Origin: Promethearchaeota archaeon
GTDB taxonomy: Archaea; Asgardarchaeota; Lokiarchaeia; Sigyniarchaeales; SOKP01
Length of the DNA stretch: 64,000 nt
Direction: 5' to 3'
Assembly (NCBI GenBank): GCA_048940445.1
Contig: JBHLON010000018.1
Location: forward strand, 1 to 64,000
The notes under the pieces were generated by a model. It searched no databases, was not told the DNA's origin, and worked only from the letters and a program-made list of their open reading frames with translations. Numbering within the stretch: position 1 is the stretch's first letter; the number at the start of each line of letters is the position of its first letter. Below are positions 50,694 through 59,635 of this stretch, one piece after another. The position numbers were made by a program, and so were the translations under genes.

Positions 50694-51488
50694 ATGGTAA
50701 ATAAAACCTTGAAATCTTTTATCGGGATTGACATTGGATCATTAGCGACTAAAATCGTCTTAATTAATGAAGGTAAATTGATTGATCATAGGACAGAAAG
50801 ATCCACTTATAATTTTAAAAAAGTAGGACATAATCTTTTTGATGATTTATTATTGAAAAATAATTTAATGAGATCTGATGTCTATGTCATGAGTACAGGT
50901 TATGGTAGAAATACCATCGATATTGCTGATGATAGAGTCACAGAAATTACAGCTCACGCTAAAGGAGCCCAATTTTTTTTTAATGACACTCATTCGGTCA
51001 TTGACATTGGGGGGCAGGATAGTAAAGCGATATTAATCTCAAAGAAAACTAGAAATGTCATAGATTTCCAAATGAATGATAAGTGTGCAGCTGGAACGGG
51101 TCGTTTTCTAGAAGTGATGGCACATGCATTAGAGGTTCCTATCGATCAATTTGGCAATCTAGCATTAAATTCAAATAACGCAGCCTCTATTAGTTCTACG
51201 TGTACTGTTTTTGCTGAAAGTGAGGTCATTAGTTTATTTGCAAGAGGGTCATCTAAAGAAGATATAGCCGCTGGTATTCATAAATCAATTTCAAGGAGAG
51301 TTGCAGGTATGGCTAAACGAATCGGAGTTGCTCCAAAATTAATATTTTGTGGGGGAGTTGCTAAAAATGTTGCTGTTAAAAAGTACTTAGAGGCAGAGTT
51401 AGGTTTTGAGATTGTAATACCAGATTATCCTCAATTGACTGGTGCCATTGGTGCTGCGTTAATAGCTCAAGAAAATTATAACAATTAA
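50694..51488 (+). CDS. 2-hydroxyacyl-CoA dehydratase activator (HgdC/HadI-type ASKHA ATPase, 4Fe-4S)
   Basis: GIDIGS, TGYGR, IDIGGQDSK, NDKCAAGTGRFLE, STCTVFAESE, GGVA. Confidence 0.93.
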   Translation: MVNKTLKSFIGIDIGSLATKIVLINEGKLIDHRTERSTYNFKKVGHNLFDDLLLKNNLMRSDVYVMSTGYGRNTIDIADDRVTEITAHAKGAQFFFNDTHSVIDIGGQDSKAILISKKTRNVIDFQMNDKCAAGTGRFLEVMAHALEVPIDQFGNLALNSNNAASISSTCTVFAESEVISLFARGSSKEDIAAGIHKSISRRVAGMAKRIGVAPKLIFCGGVAKNVAVKKYLEAELGFEIVIPDYPQLTGAIGAALIAQENYNN

Positions 51489-51540
51489 AATTAAATCCTT
51501 TGATGGATTAACTCATTTTTAATCAAGATTTTATATCAAT

Positions 51541-52674
51541 ATGCAAGACTTAGAATTATTATCAGATTTTTCTTTATTTCTTAGAAAAAAGAAACAAGAA
51601 GGTAAGAAAGTTGTTGGTTTTATTTCTCATGATAACATTCCAGAGGAATTGCTTGATGCTGCTGGATTTTTTCCTCTTAGGTTAATGTTTGGTGGTAATG
51701 ATGATCTGATGAATGCAAGTCATGATTATTTACCACCATCAACATGCGCATTTGCTCAATCGTGTATTGGATTTTTTTCATTAAAACCTAATTTTTTTCA
51801 ATTTCTAGACTTATTAGATTACTTTATTGTGTCAAATCATTGCGTGTCTGATATTTGCGCTTCAGAGATTATTTCTAAATATTTCAATCTCCCCTCTCTA
51901 ACTTTCTATATCTCATATACTAAAAATGAGAATAGTTTGAAGTATTTAAAAATTGAGTTAGAAAACTTCAAGAATCAATTAGAGGAAATCATAGAATGTA
52001 AAATTACTGATGAAGATTTACTAAAAAGTATTAAAAAATATAATCTATTTAAGGAAAAGCTCAGGGAACTTAACAAATTAACGATAAAGGGTTCTGAAAA
52101 ATTAAGGATATTGCAAAGAGCGATTTTATTCGGTCCAGATTTCATGCCTGAATTAGAAAAAATAATTCAAAAACATAAAGAAAATCCTCATAAAATTCAA
52201 TTTAATTCAAAAGACTTGATACTTACGGGATGTTCTATTTTCATTAATGATTATGTAATAGATTTAATAGAAGAGGGAGGAGGAAACATTATTTTTTTTG
52301 ACACATGGATTGGCGATAATTATTTACAAACTATTGATCTTGTGAATATTGAAACAGCAAAAGATTCACTGAATCTGTTTGTTCAAAGATTTAAAGATAA
52401 TATATATGGAGATCATTCAGTTCCGGATTTTTTAGAAAATAGAATAAGTCTAATATTAAAAATCTACAAAAATTATAAAGAAAAGACTGGAAAAAAATTA
52501 GCAGTAATTAATCATATCATCAAATTCTGTGATCATTTTTCTATCATGTCTACGTTTTTTAAAAATGAATTGCAAAAGGAGGGTTTATCTGTTTTAAATT
52601 TAGAGAGAGATTATTCAAAAGCAAATAGAGGGCAACTTTCCACTCGAATTGAAGCATTCTTGGAGATGATATAA
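51541..52674 (+). CDS. 2-hydroxyacyl-CoA dehydratase (HGD-D family) subunit
   Basis: PEELLDAAG, C-C-C pattern, KFCD, LERDY..GQLSTRIEAFLEM. Confidence 0.85.
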   Translation: MQDLELLSDFSLFLRKKKQEGKKVVGFISHDNIPEELLDAAGFFPLRLMFGGNDDLMNASHDYLPPSTCAFAQSCIGFFSLKPNFFQFLDLLDYFIVSNHCVSDICASEIISKYFNLPSLTFYISYTKNENSLKYLKIELENFKNQLEEIIECKITDEDLLKSIKKYNLFKEKLRELNKLTIKGSEKLRILQRAILFGPDFMPELEKIIQKHKENPHKIQFNSKDLILTGCSIFINDYVIDLIEEGGGNIIFFDTWIGDNYLQTIDLVNIETAKDSLNLFVQRFKDNIYGDHSVPDFLENRISLILKIYKNYKEKTGKKLAVINHIIKFCDHFSIMSTFFKNELQKEGLSVLNLERDYSKANRGQLSTRIEAFLEMI

Positions 52675-52676
52675 CT

Positions 52677-54029
52677 ATGAGTCTAATTGCGGATGAATTA
52701 ATTAGATTTTCCTCTGTTCTAAGAATTGCATACAATTTCTTAGGTGGGAGAGATTATTTAAAAAGAAAAAAATTCAGGGAAAAGAAAAAATTAATTTCTG
52801 TTGCTCTCCCATTTTCAGATTTAATCTTTGCTGCTGGAGCAGTACCAGTTTTTCCAATCAGAATGCAAATATTTGAGATCAATAAATATTTAAGATATCT
52901 AGGATCAGCTTCTAGTTTTTTTGGTTGGAATCGAGTATCAGATTTTTTAGGTTTTGTAAAGAACCTTGGTATAGGGGAAGTTAGTAAGCTTATAGATGAG
53001 ATTATTGATGAAGTAATTGAAACAATAAATAGAAAGTATAATGAAATGTATGATTTAGGAATTGAGAGTGGTATTCCTAATGATTTCTGTTATGGCATAA
53101 AAAGTTTATATGGTATGCACGTTAGCAAAATTAAAAATGTGGATGCAACTTTAAATTATACTATTCGATGTAGTGCATGGAATAAATACTTAGAGTCTTT
53201 AAAAACAATTTCAGATGCCCCTGAACAAATCTGGGTTGATGTGCCTCCTCGGAATCTCGGGAATGCATTAGAACTTTTAACAGATAATCTTTCTATAGCT
53301 ATAAGTAAAATGGAAAAAATAACTGGAAATAATATAACTGACAACCATTTTAGAAATCATTTTAAAATTGCTAACCGCATAAAAAATTCCTATAAAGTAA
53401 TTTTAGATGAAATTAGTACCTCTGATTTTTACCCATGTAATCCCGCTACTTTTAGTGAAATTTTAGCTTTATTGAATATAACATTCCAAGATTATAATTC
53501 TGACGCCAAGAGATATGCAGATAATTTAGATTCATTAGTTACTGAAATACGGGAAAGAATTAGAAAAAGGATTGGGATGGATGTATCTAAAATGCCAAAA
53601 ATTTTGGTAACTCCCATGTTTGGTGGCTGGCCTCCCGAATCTCACGAGATCATTTATGAATTAGGAGGGAGAGCCATCTATGCTGATTGGTATATGCTAC
53701 AATTTTTCGAGAAAATTGATGTTTCTCCTAATTCGAATCCAATTGAAGCTTATGCTCATTTTTTAATGAATGCTACTGAAAATGGTTTAGGATGTGATAA
53801 CAACAAATTAACAGATTCTTATATGAGAATTGCAAAGAATCTTAAGGTAGATGGACTTGTATTCATCCAATTATTTGGTTGTCATTCCATATCAAATTGT
53901 TATAGTATGCTTAAAGAGAAAATTAGACGCGATTTGGAAATTCCATCCATTGCATTAACTTTCAACAAAATTGGAGAAAACAGTGAACAAGTGAAAACAC
54001 GTTTAGGAGCATTTATGGAGATGTTTTAG
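52677..54029 (+). CDS. 2-hydroxyacyl-CoA dehydratase (HGD-D family) subunit
   Basis: AAGAVP, GIPNDFC, VDGLV...GCH, EQVKTRLGAFMEM. Confidence 0.82.
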   Translation: MSLIADELIRFSSVLRIAYNFLGGRDYLKRKKFREKKKLISVALPFSDLIFAAGAVPVFPIRMQIFEINKYLRYLGSASSFFGWNRVSDFLGFVKNLGIGEVSKLIDEIIDEVIETINRKYNEMYDLGIESGIPNDFCYGIKSLYGMHVSKIKNVDATLNYTIRCSAWNKYLESLKTISDAPEQIWVDVPPRNLGNALELLTDNLSIAISKMEKITGNNITDNHFRNHFKIANRIKNSYKVILDEISTSDFYPCNPATFSEILALLNITFQDYNSDAKRYADNLDSLVTEIRERIRKRIGMDVSKMPKILVTPMFGGWPPESHEIIYELGGRAIYADWYMLQFFEKIDVSPNSNPIEAYAHFLMNATENGLGCDNNKLTDSYMRIAKNLKVDGLVFIQLFGCHSISNCYSMLKEKIRRDLEIPSIALTFNKIGENSEQVKTRLGAFMEMF

Positions 54030-54035
54030 ATTAAT

Positions 54036-55181
54036 TTAGTAACCGCGAGAGACTTCCATTTGATTCTTTATAAACTGTAGAGAGCTTACAATATCTTCTT
54101 CCCCAATAAAACCTATAACCTGGTTTGTCGTTTCATCCTTGACTGCTACTAAATGAGGGCGATTTTTCATTTTGATTAATTGAGTTATTGCTTCTTTTCC
54201 ATTAGCACTAGAACTGATAATTGGAAAATAGTTAATTCTTTTCATCACATATCCCGCTATTATTTCATGTCTTTGATTAAGTGGGACTCGCTTTACATCC
54301 TCTATATGAATAATTCCTACTACTTCTCCACCTTGAATAACGGGGAAATACGTTTTCTTGTACATCATAAAATAATTACTAATTACCTCACTTAAAATCG
54401 TATTAAACGGAACTGCTATTTCAGATATGGTTACTAATTCTCTAGCACTTAATTTTGAGAGAGCAATCTCGTTAAAAGTTTGTAGATACGCATGTCTTGA
54501 TTGGTTATTTAGGAATGAAGCTATAATGATCAACCATAAACCACTGAAAAAATTAATCATTAACATTAAAAGAAATCCAATACCCATCAAACTATATGCT
54601 AAATAAGTTCCTACTCTAGCAGCAGTTTTGGTTGCAGACAATATATCATGCCTACTTTTCCATAAAATAGCACGCAATACTCTTCCTCCATCCATAGGAT
54701 AGGCTGGGAGAAGATTAAATATGCCTAAGCCCACATTTGTTATTCCTGAATATAATAAAGTTACACTTACAATTAAGGGCAAAGTTAGTGATAATAAAGA
54801 GGTGGTTAAAAATAAAGTACCTAAAAATATCCCACCTAATACTAGACTTGAAATTGGCCCAAAAAAGGAAATAATGAGTTCACTTTTTGGAGTGGTGGGT
54901 TCTTGTTCTATTTTTGATACTCCTCCAAATAAATATAATTCAATTTCTGAAACTTTTAATCCATATCTTTGAGCGATTAATGAGTGCGTCAATTCATGAA
55001 TTAAAATTGAAAATAAGATTATTATGCCATTAATTAAACCTACTATTATGAGTTGAATAATACTACTTCCTGGTGCTAAAGTTGCATATTCATCTGCAGC
55101 GTAAAATCCTACCAATCCAATAATTAGCAATGTACTAATATGTAATGAAATGACTATTCCTTTTATCTTGGCAACTTTCAT
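54036..55181 (-). CDS. site-2 protease (M50) with CBS domains
   Basis: HELTH, LFGGV, GP, FNLLPAYPMDGGR; C-terminal CBS pair. Confidence 0.93.
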   Translation of the reverse strand: MKVAKIKGIVISLHISTLLIIGLVGFYAADEYATLAPGSSIIQLIIVGLINGIIILFSILIHELTHSLIAQRYGLKVSEIELYLFGGVSKIEQEPTTPKSELIISFFGPISSLVLGGIFLGTLFLTTSLLSLTLPLIVSVTLLYSGITNVGLGIFNLLPAYPMDGGRVLRAILWKSRHDILSATKTAARVGTYLAYSLMGIGFLLMLMINFFSGLWLIIIASFLNNQSRHAYLQTFNEIALSKLSARELVTISEIAVPFNTILSEVISNYFMMYKKTYFPVIQGGEVVGIIHIEDVKRVPLNQRHEIIAGYVMKRINYFPIISSSANGKEAITQLIKMKNRPHLVAVKDETTNQVIGFIGEEDIVSSLQFIKNQMEVSRGY

Positions 55182-55232
55182 ATTTATCTTTACTTTTTAA
55201 ATAGTTTTTTATTAATTTACATCTCAAAATGA

Positions 55233-55685
55233 TTATCTAACTAATAAAACATCAGAACCAACATCATTACTTACTTTATCTGGTATTGTTCCTATAAATG
55301 TTCTTTTCAGCTTTGAATGTTTTCCCTTACATCCTAATATCACTAATTCAATATTCTCTTCCTTAGTTATCTTTTTAATATAATCTTCTGGAAGAATGTC
55401 AAAAATTAATCTCGTCTCCACCTTTTGACCCTCCTTTATAAAAAGATTTTCTACATCTTCCAAAATCTTTTTTCCATTATTGATGTAATCTTCATGAATT
55501 TCATAAGAAATTATACTATTTGGCCTTGACAATGAGAAGTTTGGAATAAATTGATTTAAATGGTGAATTACTGAATGAAATGCAATTACTTTACAATTAT
55601 TACTTTTTGTATATTCTAATGCTTTTTTTACGGCATCCATACTATCTTCTGATTCATCAACACCAACTAAAATTTTTTTATATAT
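55233..55685 (-). CDS. universal stress protein (start extended to ATA at 55685)
   Basis: extension gives YKKILVGVDESEDS; LVILGCKG...FIGTIPDKV...DVLLVR. Confidence 0.9.
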   Translation of the reverse strand: MYKKILVGVDESEDSMDAVKKALEYTKSNNCKVIAFHSVIHHLNQFIPNFSLSRPNSIISYEIHEDYINNGKKILEDVENLFIKEGQKVETRLIFDILPEDYIKKITKEENIELVILGCKGKHSKLKRTFIGTIPDKVSNDVGSDVLLVR

Positions 55686-55868
55686 ATTAAATCACCTTAA
55701 TACTGTTTCTCATTCAAGTAATGTTAAAAATACTAGTTAAAGATCAGCCTTCATAATTAAAAAAAAATTCAATAATAGGTAATCTCGAAATAAATTTATT
55801 TGAGATTTTATCTAGATTTTATAATTAAAATTAATTCACATAAAGATGATGCGTTTTGAATTATAAAG

Positions 55869-56783
55869 TTAAACCAGATTGGAAATCTCTTTTAGCCTCA
55901 TCCTTAAAGTGATTTCGGAAATGTTTGCAACCTTGCAAACTTGTTTTTGTGTTCTAAATTCATCATTTAATTTTGAAAAATGATATAGTAGTGCAGCTGC
56001 GAAACCTTTGGGATCTTTTCCTGAAACTTTCAAACCTTTCCTTTGGCATTGGTTAATGGCATTAACGGCTAAATTTCTACATTTCATAGATAGATTTAAT
56101 TCGTCGTAAAACTTATGGATATAATCTTGAGGTGTAAAATTAGAGACTTTTAGATTTTTTTTTGGTAATATCTCATTAATAATTGCTTTGTAGCAATACA
56201 TAAACACTTTTCTAGAAATTTGAGAAGCCGATAGAACTTCTTCAATGGTTCTTGGTAAACCATGAATTTTTAGCGCACAATAAATAGAAACAGTTATTAT
56301 TCCTTCAATGGTTCTTCCAAGGGTTAGTTTTAATTTTGCTGCAGATTTGTAGATCTGCAATGCTTCTTCAGCTATATAATTAGGAAGATTTAATTGAGAT
56401 ACTAGCTGATTAAATTTTGGTAAGGCGGTCCATAAATTTCTCTCAAATCCAGTTATTAAACTCCTATTTCGTTTAGCTAATCTATCAAATGCGAAAGAAG
56501 ATTTAGGGGTCAAATAATTTCCCTTGCCATCTAAATTACCTTTAATGACAGTACGAGGCCCAATTTGATTCCGTACAGGTTCAGTATTAGTAGAATTTAC
56601 TTTATCATCTAAAAAGAAATTTCTACCTTCAGTATAAGAAATAACTCTTGAAATTACTTGCCCACAACTAGTACATACATTATAACCATTACATGGAATA
56701 ATATTTGGAATTACACAACAATTTACATCAGTATCTTCCATATAAACATTTTCATAATTCGCTAATACTTTGGATTGATTCAA
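55869..56783 (-). CDS. tfb: transcription initiation factor IIB paralogue
   Basis: zinc ribbon CC...VCTSCG, ERNL, GRTIE, PRTIEE, GKDPKGFAAA, TQKQV..VA.ISEITLR.R.KEI. Confidence 0.9.
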   Translation of the reverse strand: MNQSKVLANYENVYMEDTDVNCCVIPNIIPCNGYNVCTSCGQVISRVISYTEGRNFFLDDKVNSTNTEPVRNQIGPRTVIKGNLDGKGNYLTPKSSFAFDRLAKRNRSLITGFERNLWTALPKFNQLVSQLNLPNYIAEEALQIYKSAAKLKLTLGRTIEGIITVSIYCALKIHGLPRTIEEVLSASQISRKVFMYCYKAIINEILPKKNLKVSNFTPQDYIHKFYDELNLSMKCRNLAVNAINQCQRKGLKVSGKDPKGFAAALLYHFSKLNDEFRTQKQVCKVANISEITLRMRLKEISNLV

Positions 56784-56811
56784 TTTAAAAACCTTTTTTC
56801 TAGATGTTTTT

Positions 56812-57312
56812 TTATTCTTTTAAATTTTGATTCTCGATACAATTGCATGTACCAGTCTCTAAGTCAATTGGTATGAGGAAATCATTATAAATTTCAGTAA
56901 TTATCTCAACTTTGACATTAGTTATTTCAGGATTTTCTCTAAAGTGATAATTAACAATTTTATCTAGATCTTTTAAATTAAATGAAGCAACAATCAGAAC
57001 AAAGTTTGTAGATCCGCTGACTCTATATCCGCGGATAATATAAGGACAAGATTTGATTGTATTTAAAATTAAGTCAATATTCCATGTTTTTAATTCTAGT
57101 TTGGCGAAATAACAATTTATATTTTTCAAATTAAGTCCCGCTTTAAATTGCAATATTCCAGAATCTTCAAGCTTCTTTATTCTCATCCCAACCGTGGGTT
57201 GACTTCTATGAACCCTTTTTGCGATCTCTGTATATGTTGAGGTTGGATCTGTTTGAATACATTCTACAATCCTCTTATCAATATCATCTAATGCAAGTGT
57301 TTTATTAATCAT
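56812..57312 (-). CDS. Lrp/AsnC-family transcriptional regulator
   Basis: LDDIDKRI...EIAK...SQPTVGMRIKKLE..GI; RVSG RAM domain. Confidence 0.92.
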   Translation of the reverse strand: MINKTLALDDIDKRIVECIQTDPTSTYTEIAKRVHRSQPTVGMRIKKLEDSGILQFKAGLNLKNINCYFAKLELKTWNIDLILNTIKSCPYIIRGYRVSGSTNFVLIVASFNLKDLDKIVNYHFRENPEITNVKVEIITEIYNDFLIPIDLETGTCNCIENQNLKE

Positions 57313-57368
57313 GATAAATCAATTCTTTTTCAATTATAGAAATAAAAATTTTCAGTATATTGAGATCT

Positions 57369-57418
57369 AGTGATAACATGATATTTAAGTATTGTGAATA
57401 AGTGATATCGTGATATTC
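57369..57418. promoter_or_regulatory. 17-bp direct repeat pair, candidate operator in the Lrp/ArsR divergent promoter
   Basis: AGTGATAACATGATATT (57369) and AGTGATATCGTGATATT (57401): 15/17 identical, 32-bp period. Confidence 0.5.
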
Positions 57419-57525
57419 TAACTTAGTTATATTTAAATTTCTAAATCATCTTATTTAAATAAGTTGTACTCAGAATATTTTTTGAGTTAAAAGTTGATAA
57501 TGATTAAAATGTAGGATTTGCTATA

Positions 57526-57861
57526 ATGGATGAGTTAACGAAAGAAATAGCGAATTTTCTAAAACTTTTGAGTGATCCCTATGCAATAGAAATTATTAGA
57601 CTTCTTAAGAACAGAGAATTAGTATCTAAAGATATTCAAGATAGATTAAACATTAGTCAATCCTATGTATCACAGGAATTAAAAGCGCTAAAACAAGAAG
57701 GAATACTGAATGTTAGAAAAGATGGTAATATAAAATATTTTTCAATTAAGAATAAATCGATTTTTAAAGTATTTTCTTCAATTAAATCTTACATTTTGGA
57801 ATTACACAAGGAAAAGTTTCAAAAAATGGTTGATTCGGATAATTTAGATAAATTACTATGA
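57526..57861 (+). CDS. ArsR/SmtB-family transcriptional regulator
   Basis: FLKLLSDP..IEII.LL, SQSYVSQELKALK..GI...RKDG..KYF. Confidence 0.9.
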   Translation: MDELTKEIANFLKLLSDPYAIEIIRLLKNRELVSKDIQDRLNISQSYVSQELKALKQEGILNVRKDGNIKYFSIKNKSIFKVFSSIKSYILELHKEKFQKMVDSDNLDKLL

Positions 57862-57874
57862 ACTTAACTAACCG

Positions 57875-58429
57875 ATGTCTAATATAAACAATAAAGATAA
57901 ATCAGAAGGTTATAATAAAGTTGTAGTGATGGGATTAGATAATAGTGGGAAGACATCCATAGTTCTTAGTGTTACTGGTAAAGTAAATTTACTTAATTAT
58001 TTATCATTAGACCCAACATTAGGTCATAATATCATTAATTTTAATTCTATTAATTCAAAATTCAACATCTGGGATTTAGGTGGCCAAGAAAGTTTTAGAG
58101 ACGAATATTTGGATAATTTTGCAGAATACATTACGGGCGCTTCTAAACTTATATTTGTGATTGATATTCAAGATGTCCTACGTTATGATTTAGCTCTAAA
58201 ATATTTTGAAAGCACTTTGAAACGAATTGAAGAAATGAATCTAAATTTAGATCTTACTTTGTTTCTTCATAAATATGATCCCGATTTAAAAGAACTCCGA
58301 CCAGAAATTACTGAAAAAATGATTCTGGATTTAATTGAAGAGCTTAAAAACGTAATTCCTAACGATTTTTATTATGAAATTTATAAAACAACAATTTATA
58401 CTGTTTTTGATAAAATTCTTGTTTATTAG
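57875..58429 (+). CDS. Rag/Gtr-like small GTPase (single domain)
   Basis: GLDNSGKT, PTLG, WDLGGQE, FLHKYD (HKxD), KTTIY. Confidence 0.88.
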   Translation: MSNINNKDKSEGYNKVVVMGLDNSGKTSIVLSVTGKVNLLNYLSLDPTLGHNIINFNSINSKFNIWDLGGQESFRDEYLDNFAEYITGASKLIFVIDIQDVLRYDLALKYFESTLKRIEEMNLNLDLTLFLHKYDPDLKELRPEITEKMILDLIEELKNVIPNDFYYEIYKTTIYTVFDKILVY

Positions 58430-58728
58430 GATTTTTTGTAATTTGAATGATTGAACCATTCACTTACTAAATCTAATCTCATTAATTTGAAATTAGCTTT
58501 TCAATCATCTTCGCAAAATATTCTACTTATTACTTTATAGTTTTAATACATTAATTAGATAATTATAAGGAATTTGCTTAATAATATGATATTTTGTCAT
58601 TAAAATTTGGATAACTCTCACAACTGGTTTATGAATTTGGAAAGATAGGGAAAATCTCTTTTTTTACAAAAATTTCAATCTATTATAATTATATTAAAAA
58701 ATTATAATACTTTTTATTTCTTGCAATT

Positions 58729-59610
58729 ATGAAACCGTTTATTCTAGTAGTAGATGATAATAAACTAATATTGAAAAATGTTAAAATAGTGTTAGAAGAA
58801 AATGATTTCAGTGTGATAACGTCATCAAACGGAAAAGATGCATTAAATACGTTATCTAAGATTGAGGAAATACCAGATTTAATAATAAGCGATATAATGA
58901 TGCCTATTATGAATGGATACGATTTCTTTGTAAAGGTTTCATCCACACCAGAATGGAGCCGTATTCCATTTATATTTCTAACTGCTAAAACAACTCCTGA
59001 AGATATTCGATTTGGGAAACTTTTAGGTGTTGATGATTATATCACTAAACCTTTTGAACAAGATGATTTATTAGCTGTGATTAAAGGTAAAATTAAACGG
59101 AAAGAAAAAATAAAGTCTATTGAGAATAGGATAAAAAAGTTTGTTGAAGAAAATGAAGACAAAATTACAATTTCAGGCAAATATAGTGATGATCAGGGTA
59201 AATGTGCAGTTCTTTTAATAATGTTTTGGGATGATAAACTAGGACCTAAATTGATGTATTATAATTCAATAAGAGAAAATTTACCTTATTCTTTAGATGA
59301 AATTGGTAGACAATTATTTCATGCCTCTGTCTTTATCTATGGTCATAATAAGATGGAAAAAGCGCAGGGAATCTTAGTAAATATTGAAAATATTAATAGA
59401 AAAGGGTATGCTTATTTTGATTCATATCCAGACAAAGATTTGAGAAGTGGGCAACAACAATATATGATTGCATTTATTACAAAAGAACTTAGTTATTTTA
59501 AATCTTTAAAAATAAGAAATATTTTTAAGGAAATTTCAAAAAATATCAAAAAAATGAAACCTGAAATGCTTGAAACATATCTATATGAAATTATAGAGCT
59601 TGAATATTAA
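58729..59610 (+). CDS. response regulator: REC domain plus longin/uDENN-like output domain
   Basis: VVDD, SDIMMP (Asp55), FLTAK, TKPF; C-terminal FWDDKLGP...DKDLRSGQQQYMIAFI. Confidence 0.85.
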   Translation: MKPFILVVDDNKLILKNVKIVLEENDFSVITSSNGKDALNTLSKIEEIPDLIISDIMMPIMNGYDFFVKVSSTPEWSRIPFIFLTAKTTPEDIRFGKLLGVDDYITKPFEQDDLLAVIKGKIKRKEKIKSIENRIKKFVEENEDKITISGKYSDDQGKCAVLLIMFWDDKLGPKLMYYNSIRENLPYSLDEIGRQLFHASVFIYGHNKMEKAQGILVNIENINRKGYAYFDSYPDKDLRSGQQQYMIAFITKELSYFKSLKIRNIFKEISKNIKKMKPEMLETYLYEIIELEY

Positions 59611-59635
59611 AATTTAAAAAAAAGAAATTAATTTC

